Shown here one piece after another: positions 12,401 to 24,400 of a DNA stretch of 64,000 nucleotides (its first letter is position 1; each line of letters opens with the position of its first letter). The translations under genes and the position numbers were made by a program. The notes under the pieces were generated by a model. That model was not told the DNA's origin. It saw only the letters and a list, made by a program, of their open reading frames with translations, and did not search any database. The DNA is from Callorhinchus milii (taxonomy: Eukaryota). The stretch is taken from NCBI RefSeq assembly GCF_018977255.1, contig NW_024704743.1, positions 45,510,001 through 45,574,000 on the forward strand, read 5' to 3'.

Positions 12401-15400
12401 GTTTGCGGGGTGGTGGATGACTCCGTGAAGAACACTAGGCAGAGGTTTTCCTCTTTCAAATCAGATGAAAAAATTGGCCAATGCCATTCTGGAAAATAAC
12501 ACTCCACATCTTAGTAATTATATGAGGAAAATTATAGTCCTTCTGCATCAATGATGTCACAACCACCTTCAGTTCCACTCTTTGATGTATTTCTATTATA
12601 AGTATATATTCTGCCAGGGTCAATACAATATAATAAACATGGAAAACAATTCCAAAAAGCTGTGAGGAATTTCTGAGATTCTTAGTCTTCTCCACATGGA
12701 AGCTATGAACACATCTTATATAAAACAATATCACAAGAGTGGTTCTGATATTATAAAAAAGTAATTTGTTGTTTTTGACCATTCTTCCAGAATAGCCACA
12801 TTGCCATTTTATCATTGCAAACTGTTTGATAAATGAATTTAGTGCCCTGACCTCAATGTTACCTTTCTGGTAACCTATTCCAGCTTTTGATTATCCTCTG
12901 TGTAAAGAAATAAACCTGCCCTTTTGCAAATCGGAACCTATGCTGTTTTTTTCCTGAAACCTTGGAGTATTCCAAGTATTTTCCTTTTTTTGCTCTACTC
13001 TGTTAAGCACCTTATATGTTTCTGTTTCCCTTTAAAATGCCTATTTGGAGGCTGAAAAGTCATAGCTTATCCATTGAGCACTGGAGTCACCCTCGTTGTT
13101 CTCCTACATGCTACTTTTAGGGCTGGGGCAGCTCCTTTACATTGTGGTAATGAGAGTGCATACAGTAGCCTATGAGTGGGTATTATAAACCTCAGCCGTG
13201 AATTTTGGGGATCCAACCTCAACTGTTTTGGTAATGTAGCCTACTACTTTGTTTAGCGCTGCTTCACACTGAACATGGTGAGTGACAAGTTAATTAATAC
13301 CTGTACATCTCTTCTATGCCGCCCGCCCCCCCCTTTCCCAACCGCCAGAAAGTTCCAAATTAACAATGAATATTGGAACATATTTGTTTAATTCACTTCA
13401 CCTTTATTTAGGGATATGCCTTGTTTTAATTAGATTAATGAGGGGCTGAATACAAACAGCGAGAAATTAAGACATGAAATTTTGATTGACTCAGTGTGGA
13501 CAAGAAGCTGATCTGTTGACTGAGTAACATTGTATCTGGATGTGCTAATTCACATCAATGACCAAAACAAAGAGTTTGTTAACTCTTTGAATGTATACCT
13601 ATCAAGCCTATAGGATAGGGGCTGCATTAACCTGTATCACAAGTTTAAGATTTTTTTAAGGGCTCCACATCCTGTTCATCCCCAGTTCAATCTGCAGTTG
13701 ATCAGGTTCGATCCCCAGAACCGCTTTCCTCCACCTCCACCACATTGCCCGTCTCTGACAATACCTCCACTCCACAAGCTGCCGAAACCCTTGTCCATGC
13801 CTTCGTCACCTCTCAGCTGGACTACTCAAATGGCCTCCTTGCCAGTCTCCCCTCCTCCACTATTCACTAAATTCAACTTATCCAAAACTCCGCTGCTCGC
13901 CTACTCACCTGCACTGAACTCCACACCCCGATTACCCCAGTCCTTGCCAAACTCACTGGCTCCTGTCACAGAGCAGATTGACTTCAAGATCCTCACTCTA
14001 GTGTTTAAATCCCCCCATGCCTTGGCACCTCCCTATCTCTCCAACCTCCTCTCTCCTCACAGCAGTACCCGCTGCCTCCGCTCTACTGGCTCCGGCTTCC
14101 TCCTTGTCCCTCGAATCCTCCGCTCCACCATCGGCGGCCGTGCTTTCACCCACTACCCCCTGAAGCTATGGAAATCCCTCCCTCAATCCCTTCATCTTGC
14201 CCCCTCGTTCCCCATTTTCTGGTTGTGCTTGAAGACTTCCCTCTTCGCCCATGACTATGGTCACCTTCCCCCTTCCCCTGGCTAGGCATTGGTCTGCGCC
14301 ATTGTTAAGCGCTCTGGGATGCCCCTCGGCACGGAAGGCACTATATCAATTCAAGTTTATGTTGTTCATAAACTGCCAGAATAATTCCTGTCTTAAGTGA
14401 CAGCTGCGGCCTATAATATATTTGGTCATTTCAATCCACGACTGTTTGTGGGACACTGCTGTGCGCAATTGGATGCCATGTTTCACACACAAAGCATACA
14501 GTCCATTCACTTCACAGTATATTCTGTGAAGTGATTTGATATAACGCCTTATCGAAGACATGATAAGGCATTATATCAAATACAAGGATTATTATTATTA
14601 TTGTGTAGCTATCCCATTTTGAGAATTTGTGAAGCCATCCTCCTTGGCTCCCATTAACGTCTTTTCACCTGCGGCTCCGAACTCCTTGACCACCCGGCCA
14701 GTCCCTCATATTTAATGAAGCTGTGTGTAACCAAGGTGTCAGTTTGATCCCCGGCTGTCCTCCCTACCCCACATTCTCTCCCTGACGAGGACCGCCTTCC
14801 CTCCACGTCCATCACATTGCTCACCTTTAACCATACCGAACACCCAATGCAGCCAAAACCATTATCCATACATTTGGCACCTTGCACCTCGATTATTCCA
14901 AGGCCCTCCTCAAAGTCTCCCCAGCTCCACCATTCACAAAATCTAACTAATTCAAAACTTCAACACCCGTATCCTCACCCGCACCAAACTCCAAACTCCC
15001 ATCGCCAAAGCCGTTGCCATGCTCCACTGGCTCCCTATTACAACAACAAATTACATTTGTATAGCACCTTTCGCATTGGGAGGACGTCCCAAGGTGCTGG
15101 ACAGTCAAGGATTTGCACCGAAGCTAGACTTTGGAATTCTGAGGAGTGGAGGACAAGGAGGGTAGGGGTAAGAGGGTGACCAAAGGTGCAGTCGAAGAGG
15201 AAGGTTTTGAGATGAGTCTTGAAAGAGGCCAGGAAGGGGACAAGGCAAAGGGACTGAGGTTAGAGTTCCCCAGAGTGGGGGGGGAAAGGCTGAAGGTCTA
15301 TTACAGAATTCAAAGATTTCAAGATCCTAACATTCATTTACAAATCTCTTCATACTGTCCCCATCTTCGTATCACACCTGACGACCTTCCTCTTCGACTG

Positions 15401-18400
15401 TGCCTCCGGTCATCCCCACCCTTCGCCCAGCTCGGCATCAAGCTCTGCTACTATTATGCGCTCCGAGACGCTAACCTGTGTGAAGGGCACTATATAAATG
15501 CAAGTTATTGTTGTAACATCTATGTGCTTAGTTCCACTTCCCTGCCTTTTCTCCATAGCATCTCTTTTAAAAGCTATTATGGATTCTGCTTCAACCATCA
15601 ATGTTGATAGAACATTTGTATGTCCTAATAATCCCCATCGAAAAACAACTGTAAACTTTCCCTTCATTTTGGTACTGATCTTAAATTGATGCCCTCCTGT
15701 TATTACTGAATTTCCTTTTTGAATTAGAAGTTGCTAATGACACAGTTCTAACTAAATGTCAAAATTATTTTGCAAATGTTCAGTTTACCCAGAAAAGAAA
15801 GACAGATTGCAAATTTTTGGCCTTCAATCTATCTTTTTCTGGAAATCACATCTTTGATGGCAAACCTCTTATGAAATATTTCCATGGAGCAGTTGACTTA
15901 ATCAGAAGCCCTTCTCAATAATTATTTGCTTTTCTGGGGCTTTGGCTCTGTTTTGAAATCTATTTTTTTCAAAGCAAGATGCTGCTATAACTCCTGAAAA
16001 TATTTTAAATATTTAGGGCTGACACACAGTTTTCTCACAGACCTATAATGCCATCTAATGTTAGAGAGCATTATTAACAAGCACCTTATTTTTACTGTAA
16101 AGAATGAATGGGCAGATTTTAGTTAGTTTGTGCCACAAACTCTTTTCCTGGTTCAAATCAGATGCAAATCACATTAATTGGTCTATGAATTAATTTTTAT
16201 CTTTTTTTGCAATAAAATTGCTCCCAAGTATTGTTCAACGTAGGTATTGGTGTAATTCTCAGTTCTCGGTGAAAGCAAGCTAATATTTTGCTCCATAAAT
16301 TAAGAAAGTGATGATGATCATTTTTAAAAAAAAGAGTATCTGCATTATTTTCTTCTTGAATAATAGTTCAAGTGAAAGGATCGATGAGAAACCAAATAAA
16401 GTTTGAGGGCTAAAACTGCTCTGTGACTTTTCATTAGTTGTTAAGTACAAATTATGGGCAAATGCAAATCCATCTGAACCCAACAACAACTGGTGTATGT
16501 ATAGTGTCCTTCACAAAGAACAACGGCTTGGAGTGCTTCACAGTCGCAAGGCTGGATGCCGAGAAAGTGAGAGAGGTGCAAAGGCACAGTTGAAGAGGTA
16601 AGTTTTAACATGGCATTTAAAGATAACTATTGCTTTTAATATTATTATTATTTGCTTAATCGGTGGGCCAAATGTGCGGTTTCTCAACAATTCATAATTT
16701 GCAGTGAAATTCCTGGCTCATGAATCTGTCTAGATTGAATTCCCAAATCATCAAATATCAAAAAAGGCCAGTGAGCAAATGCCATCAAACCACTTTCTAA
16801 ATTAACCTGACCACTGGCATTACAAAAACAACAACTTGTATTTGTATAGTATCCTTCATGTAGGATAACGTCTCTGAGTGCGTTACAGGAATGGGGTTGG
16901 GCGCTGAGCAAGGGATAGAGGGGGTGGTAGAATTTAAGATGGCAAGACAAAGTGATGGAGGGAGGAGATACAGAGTTTAGGGGCATAGGAGTTGAAGATT
17001 CAGCCACCGATGGTGGCATGGAGAGGCCAGTGGATGTGCAGAAAACCCAAGTTAAGCAGAGAGGAGTGAAGGAGTAGGATAGGAAAAGATCAGAGATATG
17101 GAGGTGCCAGGGAGTGGATGGATTTGTAGGTGATTTGTAGGTGGATGCAGTACCATGAAGTGGTATTATTTTAATCCTGAATGATGCTCCTGCTTAGTAA
17201 GAGATCAATTACAGGACTGATTCAGGCTTTGTCACTGGAAAATCTTTATGCAATCTTTTCAATCATAATACTTACATTTGATAGAGATATTTTCACATTG
17301 CGAGGACATCTTACAGCCCTTCACAGTAAAGTGGAGTGACTGAAATTTGGAAGTGGATGCACATACAGTCAGGAAGTGAATGCCCAATTTTAGCTGGGGA
17401 ATGCATGTTAAGGTACTGCTGGAGTTTAACCAGATAAAACCGTAAATCTTGTCATTGAGAGTAATGTCCTTCAAGCTTCCCACTGTCTGTCCAGGTCGGA
17501 TCATCCTATACATCAGGACTTTGGCTTGCAATTAAGTAAAGTGGATAGAGTCCCTGCCCTTTCTGCCCCTCCAAATCCTGCAAATAAGCCATGCTGGCTG
17601 GTCTGTCATTAGCAGTGCCCTTGAGTACTGTGGACCTGTCTGGCTCAACAAACAACAACAATAATTTGAATTTATAAAGCACCCTTCAAGAAGGGTATCG
17701 CTCAGGAATTGGACTGCTTAGACTGCCACAGAGAGTTGACTTAATTTCAATATTATGTTGCCAAGCACATCACCTTGGAGTCAGCTCAGCTCCAACTTAA
17801 AGAGACCATGCTTACCTATCTCCCAAGGAGTGACAGTCACTAAGGTAAATCTTTAAAAGGAGTGAAGGGCAAATGAAGGAGTGGACAAAGCCATTAATTT
17901 TATTGTTGTGTGATGGCTCAGTGGGTAAATGAATCTTTGGTGTGACAGTGAACAACTCTGACCAGGAATGTTTCAGGTTTGATCCTGGATCAATTCTGGA
18001 TCAGCATATCAAAACTGAGCAGTAGTAGGGGTTCTGCAATTAGGTTCAATACCCCGAGGCTTGAGGGGAAGGGCAAGAAATCAGCCTGGATTGCCACTCC
18101 TCACGGCTATCTGAAAGCGTACGTGGATGTCAGGAAAGGACAGAATTGAACTAAGGTGTGATTCTTTCAAAGTGCAATAGATTTCTATGGAATCACATTA
18201 AAGTAATGATTCACTTACAATACAATACAAATTTACATTTATATAACACTTTTTACATTGGGAGGACATCCCAAGGCATATCAGAAGGCTGTCAATTTCT
18301 AAAGAACTGCACTCCGGCTTGAATTCAATACAAGAAAAAGGGCAGAACAAAATCTATTGCTGTCGAAGTGGCAATACCTGTAGGACCTCCATTATTTTCA

Positions 18401-21400
18401 ATATTTATAAATTACGTTAATACAAAATGAAATTAGACTGTGAAGTAAGTGATAAATGACAACTCGATACAGATATAATTTAAAATTTTGGTTTCTCACT
18501 TATAAAATAATCGAACGGCACATTGAGGTCTGCAGCACTGATAAAATGAGCAGTATATTTAGAAATAGATCACCAGTTCGGGTCCAAATCCCTGACTATT
18601 CAGCACTTTGGGACATCCTCCCGATGTGAAAGGTGCTATACAAAAGTCAATTTTGTACAGTGAATCCTAACGATAATAAATATGGTAAATACATATGCTT
18701 AATACACAAGCTTTTTCCATCATGGTAATTCACAATTAACTTCAAAAAGGTATTTTGCACAGTACTTACTTATTGTTAGCTTGTCTTTCTCACCAAGCAT
18801 GATATTGTTGGGTGTGAGGTCTCTGTGGACAATTCTTTTCTCTTTGTGCAAATAACGCAGTGCAAGACATATCTAAAGAAATACATCAGTGACTGAGAAT
18901 TATTTTTCAGAAAAATCTATTGAACATTTCAGGCATTTATGATAGCCCTAGTGGCTTCAGCCAAGATTAAAATTACAGCCTTTAATATATTTTAGAATTA
19001 AGAGAGATAAATCATCAACACGACAATTAAGGATCTGAGCTTCTCAATTTTCTATTAGAGGAAAGGGTTTTCTATGTCACCAGTGATTTTGTAAACTAAA
19101 GCAATCAAGCCAGGCAGACAAATGTACACAGAATCACGGTGAATACAGACAGTGAAGGTTCTTACTTGCATAAATATATTCCATATTCTTTCTTCTGTAA
19201 ACCATTGCTGCTTTTCCTTGAGGGAATTAAAGTGCTCGCCAAGGGGTGCTCCTTCAATCAGTTCCATAACTATGTATAACCGGTCATCTAAAAATGGCAA
19301 CAGGTTACAAAGCACTTTTAGATACAGCACAGAATCAAACAATGATAGCGCTGAAGAAAGCCCATTTGGTTCATCAAATCTATGCTGGTGTTAGCTGCTC
19401 TATTGAAGAAATCTTTTCTAATGACTTCTGTATGTCCATAAAAATATTTTCCAAACCTCTCCTTCAACTCTCGCAGTGAGTTTATAACCCCTTGTTACAG
19501 ATTTTCCAACTAGTGGGAATAATCTTTTATCTCATCTATGGCGCTGACCTCCTTAACCTATCCCTCAGACTTAATGAATCTGTTCGTAACCTAGACGTCA
19601 GGTTCAATTACAAGCTGTTCTTCCTTCCCTACACCCGGTCACTGACCAGGACCACTTTACTCCACCTCCATCCCATTGCCTGCCATCTACTGTACTTCAA
19701 AACCCTTATCCACATATTTGTCACCTGCTATGGAGGTGGAGGAAAAAAATTTAAATAAGCAAACAAAATAATTCCAACAATCTTTTTTCTTTTGCAAAAC
19801 TTCTACTTACTTTCTACAAAGGTCTTGTAATATTTCACTACATTTGGATGCTGGAGCTGTAATGAAAAATGCATATCTAAGAAACATAGCAATACAGAAA
19901 CAGAGTAGGCCATTTATTCCCTCGAGACTGTTCCGCCATTCTATAAGACCATGGCTGATCTGTACATCAAGTTCAATTACCCCCCTTTGCTCCGTGTCGA
20001 TTAATATCCTGACCTAACAAATATCTATCCACTTCAGTCTTGAAAATGTGAATGGATCCAGCACCCACAGCCTTTTGGGGGAGAGAGTTCCAGATTTTCA
20101 CTACCCTTTGGCTGAAAAACTGCCTCCTAATTTCACTCATAAATGGCCTAGCTCTAATTTTAAGATTATGCCCCTTCTTCTGGATTCCCCCACCAGAGGA
20201 AATACTTATCCTAACGAATCCCTTTATATATTTTAAAAACTTCAAGCAGATCACCCTCAACCTCCTCAATTCAAGGAAATAGAGACCAACTTTATAATAA
20301 TAATCCTTGCATTTGATATAGCGCTTTCCAAAGCGCTTCACAGAACACACTGTCAAGTGAATTGACTGTATATTTGTGGGCGAACGCGGCAGCCAATTGT
20401 GCACAGCAATGTCCCACAAACAGTCGTAGATTGAAAATGACCAATTTATTATTGTTTTGGTTTTGGAGGGATTATTATTAGGCGTGTGGAGTAAGGAAAC
20501 TTGCCCAAGGTTTCGCCCTGACTGGAATTGAACTCAGGTCTCTCGCTTGCAAAGCGAGTGCTCTAACCACTGAGCTACAGGACTCCACAATTTGATCTGT
20601 CCTCATAATTTAACCATTTAAGCCCCGGTATCATTCTGGTGGATCTGCGCTGCACCCTCTCCAGAGCCAATATATCCTTCCTGAGGTGCGGTGCCCAAAA
20701 CTGAATGCAGTACTCCAGATGGGGTCTGACCAAGCAAGGCTCTATATATCTGAAGGTATCATTTTCTCTACTTTTGCATTCCAGCCCCTTTAAATTCCAG
20801 CCAACTTTTTGTACCTGTGAGCTTGTGTTTAGTGATTTGTGCATGTGCATACCCAAATCCCTTTGCTCTTCCACAGTTCTTAGATACTCACCATTCAGAA
20901 AATATTCTGTTTTGTTATTTTTGGATCCATAGTGGATGACCTCACACTTCCTCACATTTAATTCCATCTGCCACAATTTTGCCTACTCCCTTAATCTGCC
21001 TAATTTCCTTTGTAAGTTCCTGCTCCTATCTACACAATTTCCTGTGCCTCTTAACTTTGTGTCATCTGCAAATTTGGATAAAAAGCTCTCTATTCTTTCA
21101 TCCAAGTTGTCTATACTAATAAAGACCAAGTGTCTCTCTGTCTGTGTGTCAGTGTATTCGACAATCAGAGAGAGAGACAGGGAGAGAGAGACTGCAAGAG
21201 AGAGAGAGAGAGAATATATTATAAAGTGTGGTGACTGTGTGTTTTGTGGGAAAGACTAAGAGAGAGAGACACACTGAGAGAGAGAGACTGAGATAGGCAC
21301 TAAGAGAGAGAGAAAAACTGAGAGAGAAAGAGAGACTGGGATAGTGAGAGAAAGAGAGGGAGACTGGGGGCGAGACTGAGAGAGGAGACTGAGAAAGACA

Positions 21401-24400
21401 TTGATAGAGAGAGAGAGAGAGAGACTAAGAGAGAAGACTGTGAGAGAAAATATATTAAAGGAGTCCTCCCACAGGAGTCCTCCCAGCTCAGTAAATGTCT
21501 AAACGGAATGACTATCCTTCTCCCAACCATATACCAGCCACGTCACAAGGTTATCCCCTAAAAGCGGTTCCATGCCCTTTTAGTTCTGCTAATAACCTCT
21601 TGTGCGGAACCTTATCAAATGCCTTCTGGAAGTCCATGTAGATGACATCCATAGACACTTTCGTATCCACCATGTTCGTGACCTCCTCAAAAAATTCAAT
21701 TAGATTCATCAGACATAACCTACCCTTCACAAATCCATGCTGACTCTCTTTGATGAGCTCATACTTGTCCAAGTGCTCAGTCACTCGGTCCCTGATGAGA
21801 GATTCCAGTAATTTACCCACAACTGAAGTTAAGTTGACAGGTCTGTAGTTACCTGGTTTCTCCCCCTTCCCTTCTTAAATAATAGAGTGATATTTGCAAT
21901 TCTCACCTTTAAGCTGAATTTGTGCTTCTAACTCACATGTTTTATTGCTTACTCTACACGCATTCATGTACAGAACACTAACTCGGATAACTGTCCTCAC
22001 CCTGCCCATATGCCCTGATGGTGTTTTTCTCACACTTTTTGTGTTTACTTCCTATAACCCTTTTTCTTCTCAGAGTATTTATGTTTTCTTTATCACTTTT
22101 TATATTCTGACCTTTGCTCTTATCCCTTACCTTTANTTTTTAATATTTTAGTCTCATTACTAGTCTGAAGGATAACTGCTGGGATAGTTTCCTATATTAT
22201 TTTTAGGCTTGCCAGTTTCCACTTTTAAATAGAAGAAATCTGTATTTGCTGAGTTTTCAATTTCCTAGTTTCTAAATCAAGGAAAATGAATTCCCTTCGT
22301 TAATCATAAGGTCGCCATACATAAAGACATCACTTCCTACATGCTGCACCTGCGAACAATATGCAGGCCCCACCTCCAACATTGTACATGTAGAACACAG
22401 GAAGTAACATCAGTGGCAGCATTACAACCTGAAAATATGCCTTTTTGGTGATCAAAACGATAGTTAAAATGTTCAAATATGTCTTTTTTTTAAAAAAATT
22501 AAAAACATGACACACAGACAAACAGTGCCGGATGCTGAGCAAGTTTCATTCCACAAATACCAGTTGGGTACATATTCATGAGAGACTTTGGTCTCCTTTG
22601 TAACACCACCAAACCTTAAATATATGCTATTTCACACGGATATTAGTGAGATTATCACCCACTTATAAATTGTTGAAAAATCAACTCAAATCAAAGTGAT
22701 ATCTTAATCAAAATAAACACAGGAGTGACAAAGTTAATATTCAATGAGTTTTTTAAAAAATTGTATTTTATGTATAAAGAAAATGCACCTGTTCTCTAAT
22801 TATTGTTAACTCAGACACTATTTTCTCCACACTGTTGTCACGATCTTTCTTGTCCTTCCCAAAGGCTGGATTGTGCAAATTAACCTCCTTCATAGCCAAC
22901 AGATTTTGTCCACTGTATTTCCTAACCTATAAATTCAAAAACGATGTTGAAGTGTACAGTTAATGTTGCTGTTGCATAAAACTATTTAAAACAGTGCAAC
23001 ATTGGAATAACTTACCTTATACACACTCCCAAATGCTCCACTCCCAAGATAGTCTAAAATGGCATAATTACCAATAAACTTTGTTGGAGCTTTATTTTGG
23101 TTAACTCCTTCGATATTTTCAGTAATTTGTTTTAGGTCATCATCCTAAACACAAAATTGCAAGATTTTACAATTATTCTCTTTTCAAAACAATCATAAAA
23201 TAATAATGTTTATCTCACTATAATATAGATTTCCACTTACAGGAAAAGAATTCAACTTGTCTACCAATTTCTCATATGCATGGATGTCACGTACATAATG
23301 CCCAACATCAATAAATATCTCAAACATATCTGGAGGGAATAACCTGATGAGAAAGAAAACAAATCTCATTATTGAATGTCAGACCTGAGAATTTTGATTT
23401 ATAATCAATTAAATAAGATAAATTAGCTTCATATTAATATTACAGACACACCCTGCATTATCCTTTATCACCATTCGCCTTTATCACCTCAAGGCTGGAC
23501 TATGGGAACTCTCTCCTCGCCGGCCTTCCCGGCACCTCCCTCCACAAGCTGCAGGTCATTCAGAACTCTGCAGCTCGTGTACTGTCCCGCACTAGGCTTC
23601 ACCACCACATCACTCCCACCCTCGCTCGCCTCCACTGGCTCCCCATCCCCCAGAGGATCGAATTCAAGATCCTCACCCTCACCTACAAGGTCATTCATGG
23701 CCTTGCTCCCTCCTACCTCTCTGACCTACTATCCCCCTACCTACCTGCCCATACCCTCCGTTCCTCTGGCTCCGGTCTGCTCCACATCACCCGCCCCAAC
23801 CGCCCTACCATCGGTGGCCGGGCCTTCAGCCTCTCAGCCCCCAGGCTCTGGAACGCCATCCCCCAGTGCCTTCGCCGCCTCCTCCCTTTCCTCCTTCAAG
23901 GCCGGTCTCAAGACCTTTCTTTTTGACCGTGCCTTCAGCTCCCCTCTCGACTCTCTACCCCCTCCTCGCTCCCTCCCTTCCCTCCTCTCACCCTGACCAT
24001 ATCCCCCCTGCTCGAGTCCTGACCCAACTGTACAGCGCCTTGGGACGTCCTCCCGACGTGAAAGGTGCTCTATAAATGGAATCTTGTTGTTGTTGTTGCT
24101 GTTGTAGAAGAAGAAAACATTGATCTGAACATAATTCAAATCTAGGCCCTAGATGCGAAGGGCCTTGTCTAATATTAACCCACTGTTTTGTCAGTCCCTT
24201 GTTTTTATTGAGCGTAAAACCTTGCATGAAGTTAAAAGAAAAATGAATGCTGAAAATATGAAGTATACAACAACACAACAAGATTACATTTGTATAGCGC
24301 TTTTCACATCGGGAGGATGTCCCAAGACGCTGGACAGTGTACAGCATTTCAGACCCGAGCTGGGGTCAGGGAGGGAGAAGGGAGGGGAGGGTAAGGTGGG

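Noticed and set aside
22136..22136. Single ambiguous base N
   Set aside because: Assembly ambiguity or possible join with no biological meaning; local contiguity should be treated with mild caution.
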